This document shows, one piece after another, positions 27,094 to 35,331 of a stretch of 52,380 bases of DNA. The number at the start of each line of letters is the position of its first letter. The first letter of the stretch is position 1. The notes beneath the pieces are model-generated. The model was given only the letters and a program-made list of their open reading frames with translations, was not told where the DNA came from and searched no databases. A program made the position numbers and the translations under genes. The stretch comes from Candidatus Bipolaricaulota bacterium (GTDB lineage Bacteria > Bipolaricaulota > Bipolaricaulia > UBA7950 > UBA9294): contig DAOVAR010000002.1 in the NCBI GenBank assembly GCA_030670905.1, positions 1 to 52,380 of the forward strand, in the 5' to 3' direction.

Positions 27094-28431
27094 CTAGCTA
27101 CTAGAGCGGAACTCACCGACACATTCTAGGAGCATTTGCCTGCTGTTCGCCTGGCTGGCTTTGTCCTTTTCGGTAAGTGCCTCTCTTGCCAACTTGAATA
27201 GCTCGTACGTTGACAGCAGGCAGAACCCCTGCGACTGGCAACCACGAAGGACCTCTGGTGTGAACTGTGTTGGTCGGCGTCGTGGGTCAAGTTCACGTGA
27301 ACCACTTACGACAAGGATTCCCTTAGATGGACCTTCTCCTTTGGTGCGAGCGGAATCGACCCAACCAAGCAGATGCTGATAGCTATCTAGCCCAATCCTT
27401 GCTTGTTCCGAGGCTCTTACTACACCTATTGCATCTCCTTGCTCGCTCTCCAATAACAGATCATATGTTGACTCGCTCACCCGGAAGCCAAGAGTACGAA
27501 ATGCTTCTTGCACAACCGGTAGGAGGGCAAAACGGCCCTTTGTATAAAGAATACGTTTGTATTTTGCCGCGGCATCAAGTTGTGCCGAAAGCTCTTCTAC
27601 CTTATGGGCAAGTTTATCCCTGCGGCTGATGAGGTTTGATACCTCATCGCGAAGCTTGTCTTCGCCGGGAAGGGAGTAAGCGGGAAGCCAGTCTGGTTCT
27701 GGGGAGAAAGCGGGGCGAAAATCCATGGCAGACACAGCTTCTAATAGAGCAGAGGCCTCAGCTGTTGGCGAGACTCCTTCAATGGGCGGGATCAGAATTA
27801 GTCTTCCTTCATCAAATGGAATTTGTAGTGCGACGACATCTCCTGCCTTATTGTAGGCAAGAACTTGAGCAAAACGATCAATTGGAGTGGAGAGAAGGTC
27901 CCGATAGACGGCTCGATAGACAATCTTTCCCTCAAATCTGCGCAGGTAATCTTCAAATGGGTTTCCTGTATCGGCCAGTAGTATATCTTCGCCGGTCCGA
28001 GAGAGGAAACGACCATTTGCCGGGAAGCTTAGCTGATGATGTCGATCGACCAGTGAGACAGCAGGTAGCCAACTATAGCGGTCGATACGTTCTTCCAGCC
28101 CCCCTTGATTAACCACTTGTAGCGCCTCTCCTCGCGGCCACAAGCGACAGACGAGGATTCCGCCGGTCTTGTATAATAAATCAGCTGTTTCGCTGCGCCG
28201 CTTTTCCATGAGGCGAGAGAGGGTCTGGCCAAATCCTCTGTCCCTATCACTGTACGAGCGACGCCATCCATCTTTCTCTGGGGGTATATCTTGTATCCAA
28301 TAGTCGTAGATCCGTTTTGGGTCGATAAATACTGCATCAGCACTAGAGAAGGATTGACTTGTAAGGAAGCTCTCCTGCCTGATAGATGCGTGCTCCAATT
28401 TCCAATCACTTGATATGAAGTTGCGTATCAT
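27094..28431 (-). CDS. Uncharacterised 445-aa cytosolic protein with a central coiled coil and a PD-(D/E)xK-like C-terminal module
   Basis: It is a long clean ORF with no TM segment or signal peptide. It has a heptad-like segment (LRDEVSNLISRRDKLAHKVEELSAQLDAAAKYK). The C-terminal pattern YDLLLESEQGDAIGVVRAS parallels the nuclease core VDIVLENRAGEVVGIEVKAS of the ATPase at 51138..52379. I recognise no named family. Confidence 0.6.
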   Translation of the reverse strand: MIRNFISSDWKLEHASIRQESFLTSQSFSSADAVFIDPKRIYDYWIQDIPPEKDGWRRSYSDRDRGFGQTLSRLMEKRRSETADLLYKTGGILVCRLWPRGEALQVVNQGGLEERIDRYSWLPAVSLVDRHHQLSFPANGRFLSRTGEDILLADTGNPFEDYLRRFEGKIVYRAVYRDLLSTPIDRFAQVLAYNKAGDVVALQIPFDEGRLILIPPIEGVSPTAEASALLEAVSAMDFRPAFSPEPDWLPAYSLPGEDKLRDEVSNLISRRDKLAHKVEELSAQLDAAAKYKRILYTKGRFALLPVVQEAFRTLGFRVSESTYDLLLESEQGDAIGVVRASEQARIGLDSYQHLLGWVDSARTKGEGPSKGILVVSGSRELDPRRRPTQFTPEVLRGCQSQGFCLLSTYELFKLAREALTEKDKASQANSRQMLLECVGEFRSSS

Positions 28432-28512
28432 AGTGACGCTATCTTACCCGGATAGTTGGCCAGTAGACAAGTTGATAGAAGAGCCGCCTCTAGAGACAGC
28501 TCTTCGTTTTCC

Positions 28513-30345
28513 CTAATAACCTTCGAGGTCCCCTATTTGTCCACTCCAATTAATCCAGAAACTTCTCACTGGCCCACTCACGTTGTAGATAAACGGAATT
28601 CCTAGCCAAAAATTCGTGCTAGGCACGAGTGGTCCAGAATTCTTTTCGCGGAGTCCAACTACGAACGGAAGAGTAGGTGGGTGAACCATAAGATTGCGCA
28701 AATACACAAAGCTTGATGACTGTTCCAGAATGCCATCTCCATCAATGTCAAGCTGCAGATTCATCCAAATGCTGCTTGAACCGGAGGTTTCAAATGTGTA
28801 GTCGATCCTTTCCATTTGGAGGGTTCCTTGAAGTAGAAGCTTTCTCCCGTTATCAGTCGGCGTGGGAATGATGTTCATTGGCCTGATTCCTTCGCCAGTA
28901 TGGGTTACGTTTTGGAATGAGCCATCAGTTTGCAGCTCCAACCTATATTCATGTGCACCTACCCACCATAGCCCAGGATTGACAGTTATGTGCCAGCTGT
29001 TGGTTCCCCATACGAATATTCCAGGGATGTTATTCATTGGAGGGGCTCCAGTGATGCCATATCTTGCGGCAACCATGATCGCTTGCGTTTGAGTTGATGA
29101 TAGACCGGCGTCATCAATTACAGTCAAGAGAATCAGGCGCATCCCCGGGTTGTAGTAGCGCACGCGAGCCACTTGACCACTTGCGTCTGTGATCCCGTCT
29201 CCATCCAAGTCCCATTGATAGGAGACGATGTAGCCATCAGGATCATAGGAACTAGTAGCGTTTAAGGTTATCCGCTCCCCGATTCCTGGATAGGTGGGCG
29301 AATAGTCAAATACCGCGACTGGCGCCTGATTTGCGTACGTGACCCGAATGTTGTAGGAGCAAGTACCGGTTAAGCCTTTATCGTCGGTAACCGTCAATGT
29401 TACAGTGTACGTTCCACCAGCGGCAAACGAGTGCGAATCCCAGGGATAATTCCTTGTAATCATGGGAGTGCCATCGCCATAGTTCCATGTGTAAGTCGTG
29501 ATACTTCCGTCAGGATCATAGGAAGTCGTTGCGTTGAATGTAACAAGCTCTGTCATCAGTGGTTCAGTAGGCGAATAGCCAAATGCCGCGACTGGCGTCT
29601 GATTCGTGGGAGCAATTGGTTGAAGGCTAGCAGTGATATTGCGAGTGCGTCCGGCGATGACAAATATTCCCCGCGTCCAAACATGGTAACCAGTTTTGTT
29701 AAGCACAATCTCGTAGTAGTTCTGTGTGAGGTGGGTAATGCATGGAGTCTGGCCGAGATAGTCACCGTTAGCAGTAATCCACGCACCGCTTGGGATCGAC
29801 TCAATGATTACAGTTCCATAGGAGACAGGTACCGCAGAGACAATATCGAAGCTTGTGAAATTCCAGCTTCGTTGGCTGATGGGCATGACCCCTAGGATGT
29901 TGTTCTGGATCCTGATACTGAACTCTTCAGCATCCTCTGTCATATAAGAGAAGGGGTTCACTGGTGTTGTGGTTGCAAGAATCTGTAGATACTCGGTTCC
30001 CAGAGGAGGAGCGATAGTCCAGTTGCCTGGGACTGTGTATTCTCCCGGGGCCACATAGTTCTGCCACGTCCCTGAGGAGCTTGGGAAGATCCGGTGAACG
30101 GTACCATCGGGCTGAATATCCCAGATGTATATGTATGTTTGCCTGTTAACGCTGTAGTGAATAGAAATTGGCTCACCTACAGTGTAAACACTCTTGTCAA
30201 CCCAAATCCGTACCATTAAATCTTGGCTTTCAGGTGGAGTAGGAATGATTCCCTTTGGGGTTGTTTCCTGGGGAAGGCTAACTACAGAGAAAAGTATAGC
30301 TATAAGCAAGATTGCCAATGCCGATGCGACCAATTTCTTGTCCAT
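28513..30345 (-). CDS. Secreted multidomain protein: DUF4384-like, PEGA and 2x PKD domains plus a C-terminal region
   Basis: It has a signal-anchor (MDKKLVASALAILLIAILF) and a DUF4384-like stretch (VYTVGEPISIHYSVNRQTYIYIWDIQPDGTVHRIFP). The PEGA domain is IIESIPSGAWITANGDYLGQTP. The two PKD repeats are SYDPDGSITTYTWNYGDG and SYDPDGYIVSYQWDLDGDG. ATG at 30345 follows an AGGGAGGA Shine-Dalgarno. The ORF track begins at 30381. Confidence 0.75.
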   Translation of the reverse strand: MDKKLVASALAILLIAILFSVVSLPQETTPKGIIPTPPESQDLMVRIWVDKSVYTVGEPISIHYSVNRQTYIYIWDIQPDGTVHRIFPSSSGTWQNYVAPGEYTVPGNWTIAPPLGTEYLQILATTTPVNPFSYMTEDAEEFSIRIQNNILGVMPISQRSWNFTSFDIVSAVPVSYGTVIIESIPSGAWITANGDYLGQTPCITHLTQNYYEIVLNKTGYHVWTRGIFVIAGRTRNITASLQPIAPTNQTPVAAFGYSPTEPLMTELVTFNATTSYDPDGSITTYTWNYGDGTPMITRNYPWDSHSFAAGGTYTVTLTVTDDKGLTGTCSYNIRVTYANQAPVAVFDYSPTYPGIGERITLNATSSYDPDGYIVSYQWDLDGDGITDASGQVARVRYYNPGMRLILLTVIDDAGLSSTQTQAIMVAARYGITGAPPMNNIPGIFVWGTNSWHITVNPGLWWVGAHEYRLELQTDGSFQNVTHTGEGIRPMNIIPTPTDNGRKLLLQGTLQMERIDYTFETSGSSSIWMNLQLDIDGDGILEQSSSFVYLRNLMVHPPTLPFVVGLREKNSGPLVPSTNFWLGIPFIYNVSGPVRSFWINWSGQIGDLEGY

Positions 30346-30355
30346 CTTTCCTCCC

Positions 30356-31063
30356 TTATTGCTGCTGCTGACCGAGAACATTCGATAGGATATGTGTCAG
30401 GCTTTCCGGCTTGATCCGCTCGAGAATCAACTCCACATCTTCCGCAGGAATAATAGCATTCTGTTGTAGCATCGACAAGCGAGTGCGCATTTCTTGGTAG
30501 ATCAGGTAACCTTCAAGTGGGCTTCTTCCGGACTCCTGGTAATTGGCAAGGGTGTCAGCAATTTGGGTGACAAGAAAGTCAAATCGAGGAAGCGGGAGGA
30601 CTAAGCAGTTCTCCTGACCATATTCCGAGCTAGTGAATATCAAGTTCATGTATAGTAGATCCCTTACTTCGGCAAGCAGATTAGCGCGCCCGGAGATCAT
30701 TTGCCTGATTGTTTGCAGGGAAACCTTGCGAGCTAGGCCTTCTTCAACCTTGTCTATAAGCATAGTGACTGGCAGGGAGTCATCCTTGAGCGCACGGGCA
30801 ATCGTGAGAAGGAGTATTTCTTTGTCCTCTCTTTCTCCACTGTACGCGGCAAGATTGCTCAGCAGGCTGACCATTTCATCTGGGGTTAGCCGCCCCTGTA
30901 AGAAGCCAGTTTCAATTGCGCTCATGATTTCAGCAGCGGACTGCAACCCCAATGATTGCAATTCTTGTTCAACATCATTGGAAGTAGTTTCCGCGCGAGT
31001 GTTTTGCGTTGGAACAACCATGAGCAAGCAAACTACAAATGCTAAGAATGCCAATTCTTTCAT
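30356..31063 (-). CDS. Secreted alpha-helical hypothetical protein
   Basis: 235 aa with an N-terminal signal peptide (LAFLAFVVCLLMVVPTQNTRA/ET). It overlaps the anti-sigma stop by 4 nt. I recognise no family. Confidence 0.6.
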   Translation of the reverse strand: MKELAFLAFVVCLLMVVPTQNTRAETTSNDVEQELQSLGLQSAAEIMSAIETGFLQGRLTPDEMVSLLSNLAAYSGEREDKEILLLTIARALKDDSLPVTMLIDKVEEGLARKVSLQTIRQMISGRANLLAEVRDLLYMNLIFTSSEYGQENCLVLPLPRFDFLVTQIADTLANYQESGRSPLEGYLIYQEMRTRLSMLQQNAIIPAEDVELILERIKPESLTHILSNVLGQQQQ

Positions 31064-31656
31064 ATGTTATCACCAGTGTGACCCACATAGCGCACAGAGT
31101 TGTATCCTCCGAAGCTGCGCACGTACTCATCGGCAAGAGGATCTTGTCCCCACCAGCGGCCGTCAACTACAAACGCGTACTCGTATCGCCCCGGAGTAAG
31201 AGAAAGGTTTGTTAGCCAGATACCGTCTTCATCTTCATCGGTCAGTAGGATTGGTTTCCAATTGTTGAAGCTTCCGACCACGGCAACCGTTTGTGCTCCT
31301 GGAGCAGGCATCACAAACAGGAGTTGTCCCCCATCAGAGTTGGCGGTTATCGTAGTTGTGTGCTGTTCGTCATATGCAGAGAACAGTCCGCGAAACAAGG
31401 GGAGGCGCTCAGAGACGAAGATTCCTAAGAATAGGAAGATCACGGCTGTTATTCCGATTACAGCTAGTTGCCTACGATGAGATCTTTGCATCTGCACAAA
31501 CAGCCGCGTGAGTGTGTGGAACCAACCTCTTCGGGGAAGCCGCCCCGTCAATTCGGCAACGATCTTCTTATCTAGACCATCAAGGTAGTGTCTTTCTTCG
31601 CTGACCTCTCGTTGCAGAGTGTCTCTTAATAGCTTCTCTAAGTCATCCTTGTGCAT
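31060..31656 (-). CDS. Single-pass anti-sigma factor candidate with an extracytoplasmic CBM48 / AMPK-beta glycogen-binding-like domain
   Basis: It overlaps the ECF sigma gene by 14 nt and has one TM segment (LAVIGITAVIFLFLGIFV). The C-terminal VAVVGSFNNWKPILLTDEDEDGIWLTNLSLTPGRYEYAFVVDGRW matches the CBM48 / E-set pattern. Confidence 0.65.
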   Translation of the reverse strand: MHKDDLEKLLRDTLQREVSEERHYLDGLDKKIVAELTGRLPRRGWFHTLTRLFVQMQRSHRRQLAVIGITAVIFLFLGIFVSERLPLFRGLFSAYDEQHTTTITANSDGGQLLFVMPAPGAQTVAVVGSFNNWKPILLTDEDEDGIWLTNLSLTPGRYEYAFVVDGRWWGQDPLADEYVRSFGGYNSVRYVGHTGDNI

Positions 31657-32227
31657 GGTTTACCACTTCCATTTTCCCAATCTCTTGTCTCAACCGAGCT
31701 TTCCCTCGATGGATGTGTGTCTTTATCGTTCCTTCCGGAAGAGATAGTATTCTAGCGATTTGATGATACGAAAGATCATTGTAGTAGCGCAGCGTGATTG
31801 GTGCTCGATAGCGGTAAGATAGTCGAGATAGTCCTTGTCTGATCTGCGCCTGACGGTCTTCCTGCGCGATTGTTATTGCCGGGCTGCATCCGCCTTCCAT
31901 TTGAACAGGGAGCGGGACAATCGGATGGCGCCGTCTGTAGCGCAAGCGGTTCCGACATAGATTGGAGGCAATGGTGAAAATCCAGGTGGAAAACCGTTTC
32001 TCCATGTGGTAACGGTGGAGGTTCTCGTAAGCACGGATAAATGTATCATGGCTGATGTCTTCCGCATCGGGATGGTTTCGCAGAAATCCCACACATAAAC
32101 CAAGGATTGCTTCCTTATAGCGACTGACGATCTCTCCCCATGCTTCAACTTCGCCGCCGAGTGATGCTCTCAATAGGCTCACCTCATCTTGTACGTGATA
32201 CACGCTTGATTCTTCCTCCTTGCTCAT
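31643..32227 (-). CDS. ECF-type RNA polymerase sigma factor
   Basis: Region 2 is EDISHDTFIRAYENL...FSTWIFTIASN. Region 4 is an HTH (LSYHQIARILSLPEGTIKTHIHRGKARL). Confidence 0.88.
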   Translation of the reverse strand: MSKEEESSVYHVQDEVSLLRASLGGEVEAWGEIVSRYKEAILGLCVGFLRNHPDAEDISHDTFIRAYENLHRYHMEKRFSTWIFTIASNLCRNRLRYRRRHPIVPLPVQMEGGCSPAITIAQEDRQAQIRQGLSRLSYRYRAPITLRYYNDLSYHQIARILSLPEGTIKTHIHRGKARLRQEIGKMEVVNHAQG

Positions 32228-32353
32228 AATATACACCTTGTTAAGGAGAAAGTTTCATTGTAGAGAAAAAAGCGACAGGTAGACAGATAGAGCTTGAGCA
32301 AGAGGATCGGGCGAGCTGATCGCTGACAGCTGAAAGCTTCCTTTCTTTCTGGC

Positions 32354-33292
32354 TCAGTTGGCTTGTCTGACAATACTACCAAGCCACTGGCCGACCTTGC
32401 TCAGTTCTGTGATAAGCAAACCTGTCGCTTGATAGCCAAGGGAGATCATGTAACTATCAGCTAGGGCATAGTGAAGGAGGTAAGCAAAGTCTAGTTGCAG
32501 GCTCTCCCAGTGAAATGAGAAGCCCAGACTGCTCCAGTCTCTGTTGGTACCTGCACGGAAGACAAACGGGTTAAGTCCAGTGTACTCACAACCCATTCGT
32601 ACACAGGCGATCTCGCCACGGGTGATAAGATTCTCAGTAAAGTCAATACAGTAAGTGGTGTCCTTGTGCTTGTAGGATAACCCCACAGCAATATCACGAA
32701 TCCAGGGCTCGGTATGGCCATCTGCATAATAGGTCCCGATACTTAACGCGTTACGCCATATAATCCCCGATGTTAGCGCTCCTTGTCGATACAGGATAGA
32801 AGGACTAACAGAGAGGCCGGAGGCGTTGGTGGGGGAGAGAAGCCGGTAGCCCTTAACCTGTAGACCACAGGAAAGGTTGCCCTCTATGCGCTTCCCGAAG
32901 CCGAACAGAAGACCACTGCTCATATACCTGAAGCTACCTGTAACCCTACCATAGAGATCACGTTCCTCTAAGGTATCTGAGTCAAGGACTAACAGGTAGC
33001 CTCCCCAGCCATGTTCGGATACACCCACCGCTGCGTATGAATAAGCGCCAAATGGTCTTACATAAAGGGAAGAAATCTTCGTCTCTGAAAGGGAGGGAAG
33101 CCCGGCAGGATTGTAGAAGATAGCAGCCTCATCATTGGCCAGTCCGATGAATGCTCCCCCAAGACCGATCGTTCTTGCCGATACCCCAAGCTCAAAGATG
33201 GAGGCAGTGCTGATATATGTATCACCGGCCATGGCAGGTACTACTACTAACACACAGATGATTAACACAACAGTTACTACTAGTTGTCGCAT
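32354..33292 (-). CDS. Outer-membrane beta-barrel protein, PorV/PorQ-like (UPF0164-like)
   Basis: It has a signal peptide and the N-terminal signature ARTIGLGGAFIGLANDEAAIFYNPAGL. Alternating beta-strand patterning runs to the C-terminus. Confidence 0.55.
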   Translation of the reverse strand: MRQLVVTVVLIICVLVVVPAMAGDTYISTASIFELGVSARTIGLGGAFIGLANDEAAIFYNPAGLPSLSETKISSLYVRPFGAYSYAAVGVSEHGWGGYLLVLDSDTLEERDLYGRVTGSFRYMSSGLLFGFGKRIEGNLSCGLQVKGYRLLSPTNASGLSVSPSILYRQGALTSGIIWRNALSIGTYYADGHTEPWIRDIAVGLSYKHKDTTYCIDFTENLITRGEIACVRMGCEYTGLNPFVFRAGTNRDWSSLGFSFHWESLQLDFAYLLHYALADSYMISLGYQATGLLITELSKVGQWLGSIVRQAN

Positions 33293-33314
33293 TACATCAC
33301 CTCTCCTTTCCTTT

Positions 33315-35108
33315 CTATCGGCCGATCACCATCCTGTGTATGGAAGAGTAAGTGGTGGTTCCATCGGTGTGCTTGATCTCCACTACATACAGGTACAGAC
33401 CGCTTCCAAGCAATCTCCCTTGATCATCCTGTGGCAGCCATCGACCTGTTTGTGGATAACGATCGACACTCGGATCAAGGCAGATCCCCAGAAGCTCTGC
33501 TCCATCAATGTCGAAGATCTTAAGGGTTGTGCCTAGAGTGTCATCGGGTAGGTTAAGCCAGAAGACACAGCCTTGGGAGAGGACAGGGTTTGGGCCATAG
33601 CTTATTAGCTCAACACCTAGAAGGGCATTGTTAATTGTGAAAGGGGCGCTCACGCCTTCGGCGGTGAGACCACCCGGATCTTCTACCAGTATTTTGACCT
33701 TGTACTCTCCATTAACTACCTTGGTGGTGTCCCAGCTGTAGGCGCCATCATTTTCTGTGTCTGTTGCGATCGTGTTCCAAGTGATCCCGTTATCACTAGA
33801 GTAACTAAGCGTTATCTCTAGGCTATCTTTACGGTCATCAGGATCGCTTGCCTCCCAGTTTATCTCCTCTGTCCCCTTCCATATCTGTTCACCGGTAGGG
33901 GCCTTTAGTTCGATCTCGGGGGGAACATTTGGATCTGCTACAGTCACATTCCTGGAAGTGCTATCTGTTGCACCATCGTCATCGGTGACGGTTAAGATAG
34001 CAGTGTATGTATTATTGTCGGAATAGCTGTGAGCTACCTTCTGACCTGTTCCTGTTAAGCTATCACCGAAATCCCATTCGTATTCCTCAATTGAGCCATC
34101 GAGATCGTAGGAACCAGAGGCATCAAAGTTTACGATTTCGTCAATCTCTGGCTCGGAGGGACTGTAGACAAAGCTGGCGACAGGGGCCTGGTTAGAAACT
34201 GTAACACTGTGGGAAGTGCTATCTGTTGCGCCATCGTCATCAGTTACTTCTAATGTGACGGTGTAGGCTCCGTCATCTGCGTACTGGTGAGTAGGGCTTT
34301 GTGTTGTTGAGGTGCCCCCATCGCCAAAGCTCCATTGCCAGGAGGGGATGGAGCCGTCAGGGTCAGTTGATTCATCGGTGAACTGAATTGTTTGCTGGGT
34401 GGTAGGGCTTGACGGGGAATAGGTGAAAGCGGCAGTTGGCGGTGAATTTGTGGCTGAGTTCTTTGAGTTGGGTGTGCCATTGATCGGAAATTGGTCGGCG
34501 TCAAGTCCGTTTCTTGCTACGTCGGGGTCATTTGTCACCCAGTTGGCTTCTTCTGTGCCCGCTGCGGTGGGGTCAATTCGTTCCATGGTTGTTCTATCTG
34601 TGCTGTTGCCCGCGAACCAGCCTCCGGTGGGTTGATTTACTCTGTCGATTTCGATGCCCGTGCAGTTTGGAGCATCGTAGAGAACTACTTGGCCGGGAGA
34701 CGAGTTAAGCATGCTTATAGTTGCATCCCAGATATCAACGTTCGTTTCCATCGCAGAGTTATTGACGTCATCTTCATGACTTGCGTAGATCAGGTAGCCA
34801 TGAGAAGGGACAACCCAGCTTCTGTTCCCATCAGCATCTCCGAAATTAATACACTCTCCGGTATCCGCTCCATGAATGGACCAATCCTCGATGTTGATTG
34901 GGGTATTCGTATTGTTAGCCAACTCGATCCATTCGTCTCCCGAGCTTGCTTCCGTACCCATCCAGGCAATTTCATTGATTACAACGTCTCCAGGAGAGGC
35001 GGGTAAGACTTGAAGAACAGAGCCGAACACCACGCAAAAAAAGGCAACGCCAAATCGCAAGTTCACTTGCCACAATCTGTTTCTAAAGGAGATTTTCTGC
35101 CCTACCAT
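33315..35108 (-). CDS. Secreted lamin-tail-domain protein with 2x PKD, an Ig-like domain and a T9SS type-A (FlgD-Ig-like) C-terminal sorting domain
   Basis: The lamin-tail domain is VVINEIAWMGTEASSGDEWIELAN. The PKD repeats are STDPDGSIPSWQWSFGDG and SYDLDGSIEEYEWDFGDS. The C-terminal roughly 80 aa (GPNPV...LKIFDIDGAELL...GSGLYLYVVEIKH...) fits the T9SS CTD pattern. Confidence 0.75.
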   Translation of the reverse strand: MVGQKISFRNRLWQVNLRFGVAFFCVVFGSVLQVLPASPGDVVINEIAWMGTEASSGDEWIELANNTNTPINIEDWSIHGADTGECINFGDADGNRSWVVPSHGYLIYASHEDDVNNSAMETNVDIWDATISMLNSSPGQVVLYDAPNCTGIEIDRVNQPTGGWFAGNSTDRTTMERIDPTAAGTEEANWVTNDPDVARNGLDADQFPINGTPNSKNSATNSPPTAAFTYSPSSPTTQQTIQFTDESTDPDGSIPSWQWSFGDGGTSTTQSPTHQYADDGAYTVTLEVTDDDGATDSTSHSVTVSNQAPVASFVYSPSEPEIDEIVNFDASGSYDLDGSIEEYEWDFGDSLTGTGQKVAHSYSDNNTYTAILTVTDDDGATDSTSRNVTVADPNVPPEIELKAPTGEQIWKGTEEINWEASDPDDRKDSLEITLSYSSDNGITWNTIATDTENDGAYSWDTTKVVNGEYKVKILVEDPGGLTAEGVSAPFTINNALLGVELISYGPNPVLSQGCVFWLNLPDDTLGTTLKIFDIDGAELLGICLDPSVDRYPQTGRWLPQDDQGRLLGSGLYLYVVEIKHTDGTTTYSSIHRMVIGR

Positions 35109-35331
35109 GCGTTTTCAAACCCTCCCATGCAAAGATAATGAAAGAACACTAAGCATATGATCACTGTGGTGTTCCTAGGACGTTGCATGCTCTTAGGGGT
35201 ATTATACAGGCAAATGCCTAGAAAAGTCAACCATGAAAGAAGACGGCAAATAGATAGGCTCCCAGAGATAGGAATGCGCCATAATTAGATCCTTGTTGAT
35301 CGAAGGCAGCAAAGGATATAATCTGGATATT

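Noticed and set aside
28478-28510. The hairpin gaagagc-N14-gctcttc followed by gtttt as an intrinsic terminator
   Set aside because: The T-run follows the stem only on the plus strand, where no gene ends. On the coding (minus) strand the stem is followed by tatcaac. It may still modulate read-through from the PKD gene into the 445-aa gene, but it is not a canonical terminator.
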